Of a stretch of 64,000 nt of DNA, positions 46,306-56,632 are shown in pieces. The position numbers were made by a program, and so were the translations under genes. The stretch lies in the NCBI GenBank assembly GCA_964428965.1, contig CAYSAF010000001.1, forward strand, positions 11,242 through 75,241, read 5' to 3'. Origin of the DNA: Candidatus Woesearchaeota archaeon (GTDB lineage: Archaea > Nanobdellota > Nanobdellia > SCGC-AAA011-G17 > VGLX01). A model generated the notes under the pieces. It saw nothing but the letters and a program-made list of their open reading frames with translations. It had not been told where the DNA came from and did no database searches. The stretch's first letter is position 1. Every line of letters begins with the position of its first letter.

Positions 46306-48021
46306 TTACTTTAAACCCAAAAGCTTACCCAACTGAGATAGGTCAAGGGTGTTAAGCACATCAGACTTCTCACACCAGCCCCGCCTAGCAAGAGAGACAC
46401 CCCCATTCATGAAGGCAAAATGATTAAGGTTATGAGAATCAGTGCCGATAGCAAGCTTAACACCGGCATCAACAGAGGCCTTAATAAGGTTGGGGGGAAG
46501 GTCCATACGGTTGGGAACACAATTTATCTCAAAAACCTTACCATTCTTCTTGGCAGTTGCAAGGACTTTATCAAAATCAAACTCGTAAGGCTCACGCTTG
46601 TTTATCAAGCGACCTATGGGGTGACCAAGCACATCAACATAAGGGTTGTCGAGAGCAGCAACCAACCTCTCAGTCATCTTCTCCATCGACATCTTGAAAT
46701 TGCTGTGAACAGAAGCAGTAACTATGTCAAACCTTTTCAGAATATCATCATCGTAGTCGAGAGAACCGTCAGCCAGAATATCAACTTCTGTTCCGCAAAA
46801 AACCTTGATACCCCTAACCTTTGCATTGACCTTCTTAATATCATTGATTTTCTTCATAATGTCTTCATCCTTGATGCCATGAGCGATACGCGTTGACTTC
46901 GAATGATCTGAAACGTTGATGTAGGAATAGCCAAATTTCTTGGCATGATTTGCGAGATCAATAACTGAATCAGAACCGTCGCTGTAATTGCTGTGAACAT
47001 GAAGATCACCCTTAATGTCGCTTAACCTTACCAACTTAGGAAGCTTGCGGTGCATTGCAGCTTCAATCTCACCCATGTTCTCCCTCAATTCAGGCTCTAT
47101 ATAATCCATGCCAAGCTTCCTGTAAATCTCCTCCTCAGTCCTGCCTACAACCATCCTGCCAGTCTTCTTCAAGAAAAGACCGTACTCAGAGAGCTTGAAA
47201 CCCTTCTTTATCGAGATAACACGCATGGCAATGTTATTATCCTTAGAGCCAGTAAAATACATCAGGGCAGAGCCAAAACTCTCAGGCTCAACAACACGGA
47301 CATCAACCTGGATACCCTCCTTGATTATGATAGTAGACTTTGTAGGGCCCTTTGCAAGAACACGCTTAACATCAGGCATATTAGTGAAGAAATCCATAAC
47401 CTTAACCGGGTTCTTTGATATAACAAGAATGTCAATGTCACGAACAGTCTCCTTCTGCCTCCTCAAAGAACCAGCAGCAATTGCGTTCTCAACCTCTTTC
47501 AAGGATTTTAATCTTGTAACAATCCTTTCAGCAATAGGCTTGATGAAAAAGAGAAGAGTCCTGGCCTCACCAGTCTTGTATAACTCCAAACCCTTCAGGA
47601 TATTCTCCTCTGTCTTCTCCTTAAACAGAGGCAGTTTGCTTATCTTATGCTTCTTAGCAGCACTCTCCAAATCCTTAATCGACTTAATACCAAGCTTCTT
47701 GTATAAGGTTTTCACTTTCTTAGGACCAAGACCCTGAATCTGCATAAGCTTTGTTATGCCTTTAGGGACTGTCTTCTTCAATTCCTCATACTTTTTTATC
47801 TTACCAGTCTTGAGATATTCCGCTATCTTCTTAGCGAGGGCATCTCCCACACCAGGGATGTCCTTTAATTTACCACTCTTGTATATATCCTCCAATTCCT
47901 CAGAAAGAGACTCGAGAGAACGAGCAGCCTTACGATAGGCTGCAGGCTTCCAATTCACACCCTGCATCTCCAGAATGTCAGCTATCTCATAGAAGATTTT
48001 TGCAATCTCGAGGTTCTTCAT
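46306..48021 (-). CDS. DNA polymerase X family protein with a C-terminal PHP phosphoesterase domain
   Basis: 571 aa. N-terminal HhH region (IAKIFYEIADILE). Pol-beta-like palm (GSLRRQKETVRDIDILV). C-terminal PHP motifs (DLHVHSNYSDGS...ASVHSNF...). Confidence 0.8.
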   Translation of the reverse strand: MKNLEIAKIFYEIADILEMQGVNWKPAAYRKAARSLESLSEELEDIYKSGKLKDIPGVGDALAKKIAEYLKTGKIKKYEELKKTVPKGITKLMQIQGLGPKKVKTLYKKLGIKSIKDLESAAKKHKISKLPLFKEKTEENILKGLELYKTGEARTLLFFIKPIAERIVTRLKSLKEVENAIAAGSLRRQKETVRDIDILVISKNPVKVMDFFTNMPDVKRVLAKGPTKSTIIIKEGIQVDVRVVEPESFGSALMYFTGSKDNNIAMRVISIKKGFKLSEYGLFLKKTGRMVVGRTEEEIYRKLGMDYIEPELRENMGEIEAAMHRKLPKLVRLSDIKGDLHVHSNYSDGSDSVIDLANHAKKFGYSYINVSDHSKSTRIAHGIKDEDIMKKINDIKKVNAKVRGIKVFCGTEVDILADGSLDYDDDILKRFDIVTASVHSNFKMSMEKMTERLVAALDNPYVDVLGHPIGRLINKREPYEFDFDKVLATAKKNGKVFEINCVPNRMDLPPNLIKASVDAGVKLAIGTDSHNLNHFAFMNGGVSLARRGWCEKSDVLNTLDLSQLGKLLGLK

Positions 48022-48094
48022 GCTGTATTACAGGAGAAGGTATTATAAAAAAGTTTCCAAAAAAGATTTAAACAAGCCCTAGTTAATAATTAAA

Positions 48095-49114
48095 ATGCAA
48101 GAAAAAGAAGCGATGCACTACAGGAAGGTAAAAGAGGGTATAGTACAGTGCCAACTGTGCCCCTGGTACTGTGTTATTAAAGAAAAGGAAAGAGGAAAAT
48201 GTGGAGTTAGGGAAAACAGAGAGGGAAAACTATACAGCCTGGTCTATGCAAGACCATGTGCAGTCAACGTAGACCCAATAGAAAAAAAGCCCTTATACCA
48301 CTTCCTGCCAGGAAGCATGTCATACTCCGTAGGGACTGTTGGATGCAACCTGTTCTGCCATCAATGTCAGAATTATACGACATCAAAAGCAAAACCAGAA
48401 GATGTCTTAAGTATGAAAATGGAACCAAACCAAGTTGTTGATAATGCAATAAAATCAAAATGCCAAAGTATTTCTTACACGTATAATGAGCCTACGATTC
48501 AATATGAGAATGTTTACGACACAGCAAAAATAGCAAAGAAGGAGAAAATAAAAAATGTGATGGTAACAAATGGATACATAAATGAGAAACCATTAAAAGA
48601 GCTGTACAAATACATTGATGCAGCTAATGTTGATTTGAAAGGATTCAGCGAAAAATTCTACAAGGAAGTGTGCGGAGTAAGACTAGAGCCTGTACTTAAC
48701 TCATTGAAGTTAATAAAGAAGATGAATTTGTGGCTAGAGATAACCAACTTGGTGATTCCAGGATACAATGACAACATGAAAATTATAAAAGAGATGTGTA
48801 AGTGGATAAAAAAGAATCTCAGTACAAATGTACCGCTGCACTTCTCAAGGTTCTACCCGTGCTACGAGATGATAGACACACCGATAACACCTATTGAAAC
48901 GTTAAAAAAAGCGTATGAAACAGCAAGGAATGAGGGAATAAAGTTTGTTTACATCGGCAATGTGGGAGCTGAAGGCGGATACTCTGATACGTTCTGCCCG
49001 AAATGTGGTGAGAGACTAATAAAAAGAGGCTCCTACTTCGGAGTTGAGTACAACAAAATAAGAAACGGGAAATGCTTCAACTGCAAAGAAAAAATACCAG
49101 GAGTGTGGAAGTAA
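48095..49114 (+). CDS. Radical SAM enzyme, AmmeMemoRadiSam/PflA-like
   Basis: 339 aa. N-terminal Cys cluster CQLCPWYCVIKEKERGKC. Radical-SAM CxxxCxxC (GCNLFCHQCQN). C-terminal Cys-rich tail. Confidence 0.7.
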   Translation: MQEKEAMHYRKVKEGIVQCQLCPWYCVIKEKERGKCGVRENREGKLYSLVYARPCAVNVDPIEKKPLYHFLPGSMSYSVGTVGCNLFCHQCQNYTTSKAKPEDVLSMKMEPNQVVDNAIKSKCQSISYTYNEPTIQYENVYDTAKIAKKEKIKNVMVTNGYINEKPLKELYKYIDAANVDLKGFSEKFYKEVCGVRLEPVLNSLKLIKKMNLWLEITNLVIPGYNDNMKIIKEMCKWIKKNLSTNVPLHFSRFYPCYEMIDTPITPIETLKKAYETARNEGIKFVYIGNVGAEGGYSDTFCPKCGERLIKRGSYFGVEYNKIRNGKCFNCKEKIPGVWK

Positions 49115-49888
49115 CTAATAACAAAAATCCAGATCATCCCTTAAACTTTTTATCCTCTCCTTAAAATCAGAATAGTAAGTGCCTTTAAAAACAGCTTCAG
49201 AAAACTTATCCAGCAAATCAGGATACTCCTTCATTAAAACATTCCTGATCCTAGGCCAATTGCCACCCTTGATGTTAAGCCTGTCAACCATTACATAGTC
49301 AACAAAACCAATTTTTTCCATAAGAACCTCAAGATCCTTATCGGTTATGTAAGGCAGGACAGGACCCAAAAAAACATAAGTGCCAATACCTGCCTTGTGG
49401 AACTTGCTTAAAGCATGAATCCTGTCCTCTACCGGAGAAGAGTTAGGCTCAAAATTCTTCCAGTCATTCAAACTTGTTATTGTCATTCCAACTTCTATCT
49501 CCTCAAACTCTTTGATTATATCAATATCTCTTGTTACAAGGGAGGATTTTGTTAGTATCGAGGGCTTAAAATCCTTTGGAAGGACATCCAAGATAGCCCT
49601 AGTAAGCTCATACTTACCTTCAACAGTTTGATAAGGATCTGTAACAGAGCTTAAGAAAATAGAACCATGCCTCCTTCTCTTCAATTCCTTCCTCAATACA
49701 GTAACCGCATTCGACTTAACATCAACAAAGCCACCCCACGCTTCCTTATGCTTTGTGTATTTAAGCATGAAACGAGCGTAGCAGTAAACACAGCTGTTGG
49801 AACAGCCAACATAGGGATTAATACAAAAATCAAAACCCAAACCTGTCCTGTTCAACAAAGATTTGCAGCTTATTTCTTTTACTATCAT
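49115..49888 (-). CDS. Radical SAM protein, SplB-like (spore-photoproduct-lyase / DNA repair photolyase family)
   Basis: 257 aa. CINPYVGCSNSCVYCYARF is a CxxxCxxC motif in the SplB-type context. Confidence 0.55.
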   Translation of the reverse strand: MIVKEISCKSLLNRTGLGFDFCINPYVGCSNSCVYCYARFMLKYTKHKEAWGGFVDVKSNAVTVLRKELKRRRHGSIFLSSVTDPYQTVEGKYELTRAILDVLPKDFKPSILTKSSLVTRDIDIIKEFEEIEVGMTITSLNDWKNFEPNSSPVEDRIHALSKFHKAGIGTYVFLGPVLPYITDKDLEVLMEKIGFVDYVMVDRLNIKGGNWPRIRNVLMKEYPDLLDKFSEAVFKGTYYSDFKERIKSLRDDLDFCY

Positions 49889-50946
49889 CTTATAAAATCC
49901 TTCAACCTTCTAATTGCATTAAGCCTGTCCTTATCCCCCATCTTAGCATTTTTAACAGCATCCTTTAAAAATTCTGTGTTGGAGTCCATAACTTTTCTTT
50001 TTACATTAAAAGGGACTCCGTCTTTCCCACCATGAGCAAACGAAAATTTGCTGGGGTCACACCAGCTTGACTTCGTTCCATAAACCAATTCCGAAATCAA
50101 TGCAAGAGCCCTTACAGAAGAAGGACCGACACCGTGTATTGCAATTAACTCTTCATAGTTTTTTGGCTGAAACTCGTAAGCCTTTTTTAAATAAGTCAAT
50201 GATTTTCTCGAGAGATTCAAGTTGTAATGGTTGCTGGTCATGTTTAAGACACGATTGAAGTCTCTTTCCAGATGCTCAGGATTATCCTTAACAAGGTCTA
50301 CTGAAATGCTCCTAGTTTCTGAGCTTTTCTTAGATGTTAAATCAAGAACCTCACTCTCTTTCTTATCACAGCATATAGCACTGTGAGGCTCTTCTATGAA
50401 GTTTTCAAAACCAGAAAGCCAGTGATAGCGCCTAGCATACCCAATCTTAGGATTCATGCCTTGCTGCACAACAGCATAACAACCGTTTTCAGAAAATACG
50501 AAGAAATGGGCATAGAGGTTATAATTGTCCTGTACCAGCGCACTATCCACCTTAGCTGACATCCTTGAAGCGTAAACAAGAGACTCAGACTTTTGGGAAG
50601 ATAAAGAAAGCTTTTCAGAATTAAACTCAATCTCAGAGGGAGTTTTTCTTGAGACTTTACCTTTGCCACCGCAAACCTTAATTCCCAACTCGTTACGGGT
50701 TAAGGCAACCTTCAAAGCGCCAAGAGTTGTTGTGGTTAATCCACTAGAATGCCAATCAAAGGCTAAAACACAACCCAATGCTTGGAAGAAGAAAGGATCT
50801 GAAATCCTCCTTATGAATTCAGCTTGACCATGTTCGTGCACTATGGTTTCAGCTATGGCACCACCTAAACCAGTCATCCTAGAAAAGAGCCACTTCGGAC
50901 ATGAACCAAAGTGAAGCGGTAAGCTGGCTGTACCTGTTTGGCGCAC
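49885..50946 (-). CDS. Conserved hypothetical protein (DUF763-like?)
   Basis: 353 aa. 4-nt overlap with the radical SAM gene. Family assignment from memory only. Confidence 0.4.
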   Translation of the reverse strand: MRQTGTASLPLHFGSCPKWLFSRMTGLGGAIAETIVHEHGQAEFIRRISDPFFFQALGCVLAFDWHSSGLTTTTLGALKVALTRNELGIKVCGGKGKVSRKTPSEIEFNSEKLSLSSQKSESLVYASRMSAKVDSALVQDNYNLYAHFFVFSENGCYAVVQQGMNPKIGYARRYHWLSGFENFIEEPHSAICCDKKESEVLDLTSKKSSETRSISVDLVKDNPEHLERDFNRVLNMTSNHYNLNLSRKSLTYLKKAYEFQPKNYEELIAIHGVGPSSVRALALISELVYGTKSSWCDPSKFSFAHGGKDGVPFNVKRKVMDSNTEFLKDAVKNAKMGDKDRLNAIRRLKDFIR

Positions 50947-51082
50947 ACCTTATTTATACAATCCAAATTTATAAACTCTCCTTGCACAAATGACGGGATG
51001 GCCACTGGTGTAATATATATTTTAGAGTATATAATACGGAACAAAAAATAATATTAATATTGTATGACCAATATATACTTGG

Positions 51083-51132
51083 AAAAAAAAGTTGCCTAGA
51101 TAATGGAACTAGGAACTCTAGACAACTTTTTT
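51083..51132. terminator. Hairpin flanked by oligo-T on both strands (bidirectional terminator). Ends the minus-strand cluster.
   Basis: AAAAAAAA-AGTTGCCTAGA-(loop)-TCTAGACAACT-TTTTTT. 11-bp stem with one mismatch. On the minus strand it is followed by T8, directly downstream of ORF 51182..51748. Confidence 0.45.
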
Positions 51133-51181
51133 AAAAGTGGTGAATATCAAAACTGCTAAGCTCAAGGAGCAAAAAAACAAA

Positions 51182-51748
51182 CTACCAGGAGTAAAGTTGT
51201 AACGAGACGCTACCTGAATATATCTCGTTACGGAAAGAACCCCCTACCATTTTACCCGTTGCCCTTATGGAGTCCTTCTTTTCGTTATAAGTCCCCTTTA
51301 CATCAATTGTTGCATCCCCAAGGATTGACCACACACCCTCGGGCATGTAATACCTATATGCCTCGCACTGGAGGATCGCATGGAACGTTTCCGTGGAGAT
51401 TTTAGTGGGGTTATACGAATAGACCGTTGCATAAATCCCCCACCAATACGGGTCCCAATTACTACACTCAATAAGGAACCCAGCTGGCTCAATCGTATCA
51501 GGGGTAGTGTAGTCCCCGTATAGATAGACTTCCATATACGGAGCATCACTACCGTACAACTCAAAATAGACAAACCCTTTGCCAGACATGGAAATCATCT
51601 GGGACTTAGCTTTTAACCCTGTTGTTGTTTCTACTTCTGATTCCAACTTGACCCTGACTCTCACGTCAGAGTCCCCATACCAGTCAGCGTTAGCATCTAC
51701 AGATGTTAACATCAGCACCATAGCCAATAAAGTTATTAGTTTCTTCAT
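51182..51748 (-). CDS. Secreted protein (signal peptide), cluster member
   Basis: 188 aa. MKKLITLLAMVLMLTSVDANA signal. Beta-rich and aromatic-rich. Confidence 0.5.
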   Translation of the reverse strand: MKKLITLLAMVLMLTSVDANADWYGDSDVRVRVKLESEVETTTGLKAKSQMISMSGKGFVYFELYGSDAPYMEVYLYGDYTTPDTIEPAGFLIECSNWDPYWWGIYATVYSYNPTKISTETFHAILQCEAYRYYMPEGVWSILGDATIDVKGTYNEKKDSIRATGKMVGGSFRNEIYSGSVSLQLYSW

Positions 51749-51979
51749 TTTTGAACCTCCTTCTTTTTAAGGTTTAAGATTTTAAGGTTTAAGAAAAATC
51801 TAAATCGCCTCAAGCCACCCAGTCCCCTCTCACCTCCTTTTATTAAAAATTCTTAAAAAATCATAGTTGGATTTAGAGAGACCTCCAGCACTCAGGTGGA
51901 GGAGGGGGTGTATGGGTACACCGTTTTCCACACCTGAATTTAGTGTGAAGGTCTCTGGTTTGTGATTATGATGATGAAC

Positions 51980-52564
51980 CTATCGATGATTTTGTTCTGA
52001 ACCTTTAAATTTGTAACTTACCAGCTGATCAACAATGTCGTAGTTTGTCTTGATGATTTTTACAAAATTTTTTACTTTTGGGGAATACCAACATTCTTCT
52101 TGAAACTCTTCCTGCTTTGTTGGTAGTGAATACTTTCTTAGTATCCTGAATGTATCAAAATCTCCTGCTGGTGTGCTAGCCCTTTCCTTCCCCTTTTTTA
52201 ATAATGGCCGCCAGTTGATTGTTAATGGCAAATATGTAGGTTCCTCTACAGTTCCATCAGGTTTTTCTATGCCTAAGTAGGTTAGTTCTGTTGTGAAATG
52301 TATGAAGCACTTGCTGAAGTCTTCATACATCTTTCCCTCTGCATCATAGAACTTGAGTTCTAACCTGTAGCTTCTTCTGCCTTGGAACTGTGATTTGCTA
52401 ACTACACTTACTGTATATGTGTATGAGAAATTTCCCTTGGTTGTTCTTTCATAGGTCCAACTGTCTCCTTCTTGCCAGAGAGGTTGTTTCTCTAACATTT
52501 GCGAGTTGGCAATTTCTATCGTGAAAGCTAGTATCATTATTGTGAAGAACAACGTTCTTTTCAT
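51980..52564 (-). CDS. Secreted protein, paralog of 52918..53550
   Basis: 194 aa. Signal MKRTLFFTIMILAFTIEIANS. Shared motifs with 52918..53550: W.EGD.WTY; AG.F.TFRI; WYSPKVKNFVK. Confidence 0.5.
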   Translation of the reverse strand: MKRTLFFTIMILAFTIEIANSQMLEKQPLWQEGDSWTYERTTKGNFSYTYTVSVVSKSQFQGRRSYRLELKFYDAEGKMYEDFSKCFIHFTTELTYLGIEKPDGTVEEPTYLPLTINWRPLLKKGKERASTPAGDFDTFRILRKYSLPTKQEEFQEECWYSPKVKNFVKIIKTNYDIVDQLVSYKFKGSEQNHR

Positions 52565-52590
52565 CTTTTCACCCCCTCATTTTTAGAAGT

Positions 52591-52908
52591 TTAGATTTTG
52601 AAAACTTTACTGACAATTTCTTGCGCTTCTAACTCCCTGATTTTCTTCTGTACAAGACCAGCGTACAAGAAGAACCTAGCACCGAGAGAAAAAAGCATGT
52701 AGCCAAGTATAGCAATAATTACAGAACCGGTAATAAAAACTGACAAAGCACTAATGCCAAACTCTCTTGTTAATGGCGTGGCCTTCCAAACCAACATCAT
52801 TATCGAAATAGATGATGTTATCAAAAGAAGCAAACCCACGAGTATTGTCACCACAGCAACAGTCCACCTAGTTAAGAACAGCCCATTCATCGCATCCTCC
52901 TTTCTCAT
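52591..52908 (-). CDS. Small membrane protein (3 TM)
   Basis: 105 aa, hydrophobic helices throughout. Confidence 0.45.
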   Translation of the reverse strand: MRKEDAMNGLFLTRWTVAVVTILVGLLLLITSSISIMMLVWKATPLTREFGISALSVFITGSVIIAILGYMLFSLGARFFLYAGLVQKKIRELEAQEIVSKVFKI

Positions 52909-52917
52909 TAATTTGAT

Positions 52918-53550
52918 TTACTTCAATTCAAAAGAGATAAGTTGTGTATCTAGAATTTTTATATTATCCCAGAAAGCTGTTTTTTCAACTTCCCTTTTAA
53001 CCCAATTTTTTGCCTCTGGCGCATACCAGTAACGAATCCAGCCCTCAGCCCTCCTACGGGACATAACACGTTGTTTTTCGTAAATCCTATAAGTCTTGAA
53101 GGTTCCTGCCTTCGTTGTAATCTCCTCAACACCCTCTACCCTGAACTCGTGAAGCCAATCCATAAAATCTGGTCCCACACTTATGCCGCTCCTTCTATCT
53201 GACCATTTCTTCCCAACAAATAGGGGGAAATCAAGCAGCTTTCTACCTCTGTACGTGGTATTTACTTGCTTACCCTCCTCAATCAAATACTTGGCGTTCA
53301 TGGTTTTCTTATCATAGGCGTACAAATTACGTCCTAACTTTACGACATACAAATCCCCTTTAACTTCTACAATTTCGGTGGTCGAAGTGCCGCCATTTAC
53401 ATCTTGGTAGGTCCACTTTTCCCCAACATTCCAGATTGGTGCTTCGCATTTTTCTTGGCTCCATGCAGGCAAAGTCAAGAGCTTAGAGATTAAACCGATT
53501 AAAATACAAGCCGAGAGTAGAATTAAACCGATTACAATAATTTTTTTCAT
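52918..53550 (-). CDS. Secreted protein, paralog of 51980..52564
   Basis: 210 aa. Signal/TM MKKIIVIGLILLSACILIGLI. W.VGEKWTY; AGTFKTYRI; WYAPEAKNWVK. Confidence 0.5.
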   Translation of the reverse strand: MKKIIVIGLILLSACILIGLISKLLTLPAWSQEKCEAPIWNVGEKWTYQDVNGGTSTTEIVEVKGDLYVVKLGRNLYAYDKKTMNAKYLIEEGKQVNTTYRGRKLLDFPLFVGKKWSDRRSGISVGPDFMDWLHEFRVEGVEEITTKAGTFKTYRIYEKQRVMSRRRAEGWIRYWYAPEAKNWVKREVEKTAFWDNIKILDTQLISFELK

Positions 53551-53821
53551 AAACTGTTTTCCTCCTTTTTAATAAATTTTTAATGTTAAAACAGCCTCCA
53601 CACCCGCCTCATTTTATTAACCGAACATGCGTTCGAATTGCACAAAACACAAAGTTGGAAAGATAACAGTTGGAAAAAGGACAAAAATAAGTATATTAAA
53701 AATTATTTTTTCATGGAACTCCTCCTTTTTGTGTTATACAATGTAGGAGGGAAGGCTGCATTTGAAAGCTCTTGGCCAGTTACTATCCCACCAGAGCGTA
53801 TGCACTTCCCTCCCGCTTCAT

Positions 53822-54148
53822 TTATCCTCTCTTGTTTCTTGGGGCAACTGCAACAGTCATATCTGCAGGCAATTGAACTATGGTGCCTGGAGGTTCACCA
53901 TTTGGGCCTTTTCCTTTTAATATGCGAACAGACATCACATTTACTCTCCCAGATCCAGATGCAAGAGGTACTGAAGAAACCTTTCCAGAGGTGATTTCTA
54001 TAGTTCCTTTGAGCCATCCCAATACCCTCTTCAGTGGAGCATCTTTCAAAGGTTTACTAGGACAAATAATAACATCCTTATCAAATTTAGAATTTCTAAA
54101 TTTTGGCATATTACCCTCCTCGATAATATTAAATGTAAAATTGTTCAA
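53822..54148 (-). CDS. Hypothetical protein (uncertain; competing + strand ORF 53638..53994)
   Basis: 108 aa. Orientation matches the cluster. Confidence 0.25.
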   Translation of the reverse strand: MNNFTFNIIEEGNMPKFRNSKFDKDVIICPSKPLKDAPLKRVLGWLKGTIEITSGKVSSVPLASGSGRVNVMSVRILKGKGPNGEPPGTIVQLPADMTVAVAPRNKRG

Positions 54149-54334
54149 CTCAGGTCCTAGTTCCCTCTCAATTGGCCTCTACTAAGGCCCTAATTTAAGT
54201 ATCATCATACCACCCCCTTTCTTTGCAAATATTGTAGTCAAAAGCAGAATCCTGCACAACCTTTAAAGTACGATCCTCTCTTCTAATGGCTAGAGCATCA
54301 AGGGTGCTTTAAGTTAATTAGCACTTCTTTATTC

Positions 54335-55114
54335 TTAAAAAATTCCAGCAATCTGGCGGCCAGCGGTTTCAATGAGACGTTGAGTGGCCTCGTTAACATT
54401 AAGGTTAACCTGAGCCGCTCTAGCAGCCACGGCAGCGTTATATATTTTAACGCCTTCCTTTGAACTCGAGACCTGACGGTGTGTTGTTTTAGAAGTGGGA
54501 GAATCTGGCTTAGTTCCCATACCGCCCATTGTCTTTCTCTCTGTAACAATCTCGGACTCGCGGACCTTCTGGCCTGTTATATCCTCTTCCGCAGATAATC
54601 TTTCGGTAATCTGGAAATCAATAACAATTATCTCGGTTCTAACTCGGGTAAGCAGATCAGCAGCCAGACCAACACCAGCTCCAATTGCACCGCCAACAGC
54701 AGCCCCACCAGCTCGATGGTGAGGTCCGCCTAATCCTAATCCCGCCAGTGCTCCTAATCCAGCCCCAGTTAAGGTATCCTGAAAATTCATCCCCTGTTTC
54801 CATTCTCCCAGATACCGAATATTTGTCTGCAAGATATAGGTGGCCTGCGAAGGTTTTTGAACAATCTGATAGCCCTTTGCCTGAATCCCAGGAAGGACTA
54901 TAGATTCAAAAGTCCCTGTAACATTTTGATTACTGCTTGTGTTCCGGATTTGAACATAGATTGTTTTTGCTGCCTCGGTTGGGGTAAGGAAAATTGATTC
55001 GCTCATGGCAACGTCTGTTTGCATCTTCCCATAATCAATCATCCGTATTGCTGCAGCACATCCAAATAGTATAACTACCGGCACAATCAACAAATACTTA
55101 ATCAATCTTTTCAT
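54335..55114 (-). CDS. Lipoprotein with a glycine-zipper (Rick_17kDa/YMGG-like) segment
   Basis: 259 aa. MKRLIKYLLIVPVVILFGCAAA carries a lipobox (LFGC). GAGLGALAGLGLGGP...GAAVGGAIGAGVGLAADLL is a Gly-zipper 2TM motif. Confidence 0.5.
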   Translation of the reverse strand: MKRLIKYLLIVPVVILFGCAAAIRMIDYGKMQTDVAMSESIFLTPTEAAKTIYVQIRNTSSNQNVTGTFESIVLPGIQAKGYQIVQKPSQATYILQTNIRYLGEWKQGMNFQDTLTGAGLGALAGLGLGGPHHRAGGAAVGGAIGAGVGLAADLLTRVRTEIIVIDFQITERLSAEEDITGQKVRESEIVTERKTMGGMGTKPDSPTSKTTHRQVSSSKEGVKIYNAAVAARAAQVNLNVNEATQRLIETAGRQIAGIF

Positions 55115-55254
55115 AAGTTTACCTCCTTTTTTTTTGTTAGATTAACGTATTTCTATGGAAATACCTTGAAAAAACAGCTTTTTCACCTATTCATAAACTT
55201 TTAATACAGGATGCTCTAACTTTTTAATTTTTGAAATGATAAATCTACTTTTAT

Positions 55255-55557
55255 TCAGTCACGGAATATCTTCGCCCTCTTCTTCTCTGAAGGGGGGTAT
55301 ACATCCAGACAACACATTACAATCAAGATAATTAAAAAGAAAATCCCGATTATACCACTACTAACTATCGTTGAATACCCCAAGTAAGCAATACCAAGCC
55401 GCGTTAGACGTACAAGATCCCACCAGGACATCCAGGCTGTGAACTCCCTCTGACCATTTAGGAAATCCTTAGCAAAAGGCAACAAAGTAAAGAACAGAGC
55501 GCTACAAGCGAGAGCAAATAACGCCACTTTTAACATGCTTTTTTCTTTTTTATCCAT
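55255..55557 (-). CDS. Small membrane protein (2-3 TM)
   Basis: 100 aa. LKVALFALACSALFFTLL...GIIGIFFLIILIVMCCL. Confidence 0.4.
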   Translation of the reverse strand: MDKKEKSMLKVALFALACSALFFTLLPFAKDFLNGQREFTAWMSWWDLVRLTRLGIAYLGYSTIVSSGIIGIFFLIILIVMCCLDVYPPSEKKRAKIFRD

Positions 55558-55751
55558 TTTTCCCCCTCCTTTCTAGAATTTTATTCCTTTTCTGTCATAA
55601 TTTGTATAAATCCAAGGATTGCAGGAAATGCCTTAAAAACTCTAATCACCACCAATCAATAAGATTTTTATCGTCGACAAACCAAGCATAGTATAAAAGC
55701 CCTAATACGATCATTATAATAATAACTTTTCCAGCCATCTTTTTCCCTCCT

Positions 55752-55952
55752 TTAATCTGTAATTTTTTTGTAGATAAAATAAAGTAATGATGCTACCAAG
55801 ATGAACGGCGCCACAAAAATGGATTTTAATTTGAAATGCTTATACATCTCGGGAATCAGTTCTAGGAAAACTTCCAAAAATATCTTCACTGATGACCCCA
55901 TCTCTGAAAGCTTGCCACAAAAACCCTTGAGCTTCATCGACCATCTCCCCAA
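55752..55952 (-). CDS. Small membrane protein (1 TM)
   Basis: 66 aa with a C-terminal TM (IFVAPFILVASLLYFIY). Confidence 0.3.
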   Translation of the reverse strand: MGRWSMKLKGFCGKLSEMGSSVKIFLEVFLELIPEMYKHFKLKSIFVAPFILVASLLYFIYKKITD

Positions 55953-56158
55953 TTCTTTATAACATGAATTTTCTCTGTCACGAATACCAGAGAGCCAAGA
56001 AGTAATGAAGTTGCCTCAACTAAAGATACACCAAGTTTGTTGGTAACCCCACGGAAGAATTTGTTCAAGTAGTAGTTCTCAAAGATGTTTGAAGGAAACG
56101 CGGTAGCCTTCGATGAGAGATTAAACAAAAAGGTTAAAACTTTTAACATGATTTTCAT
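55934..56158 (-). CDS. Small hypothetical protein
   Basis: 74 aa. 19-nt overlap with the downstream ORF. Confidence 0.3.
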   Translation of the reverse strand: MKIMLKVLTFLFNLSSKATAFPSNIFENYYLNKFFRGVTNKLGVSLVEATSLLLGSLVFVTEKIHVIKNWGDGR

Positions 56159-56173
56159 AGAGCCCTCCTCTTA

Positions 56174-56548
56174 TTAAATTTTTATTTTTTTCTCCTCTTT
56201 TTTCTCTTTCAAAAACTCCATGAACTCTTCTAAAATCTTTTTCTTCTCCTTATTTTTTTCTTTGTTTACCTCATTTAACATCTCCCTAATAGGATAGGGG
56301 GCTGTTACATCCGTTATGATATCAATCATAGCAGCCTCTACCCTTGCTTCAACCTGCTCACGTGTGTTGAAGAGAAGGATAAGTCCTTTCTTTTTGAAGG
56401 ACAAGTTAAGGGAATAATCCTCTGTATCTTGATACATATTAAGCATATCAATCTTGAAGAATGTTTCAGAAAATACCCCCCATACTAAACCAATTAGAAA
56501 AAATCCGATAGCAACAGCAGGATAACCAATAAGATGCCTTTTTTTCAT
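56174..56548 (-). CDS. Membrane-anchored protein (N-terminal TM + K/E-rich tail)
   Basis: 124 aa. IGYPAVAIGFFLIGLVWGVF. Confidence 0.4.
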   Translation of the reverse strand: MKKRHLIGYPAVAIGFFLIGLVWGVFSETFFKIDMLNMYQDTEDYSLNLSFKKKGLILLFNTREQVEARVEAAMIDIITDVTAPYPIREMLNEVNKEKNKEKKKILEEFMEFLKEKKEEKKIKI

Positions 56549-56632
56549 GTCTCACCTCCTCCGATTTTAATTCTTTAATTGTCTCAGTAAGGTTCTCTTT
56601 CATTTACTTCTTTCCTTTCTTGTTTTTTTATT

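Noticed and set aside
46420-47737. + strand ORFs of 122-180 aa (46420..46896, 47050..47418, 47195..47737)
   Set aside because: All are antisense shadows within the PolX-PHP gene, which has clear catalytic motifs on the minus strand.
53638-53994. 118-aa + strand ORF
   Set aside because: Overlaps a minus-strand ORF (53822..54148) in a cluster that is otherwise entirely minus-strand. Neither is convincing. The + one lacks any promoter or RBS context and has a Cys/His/Leu-rich shadow-like composition.
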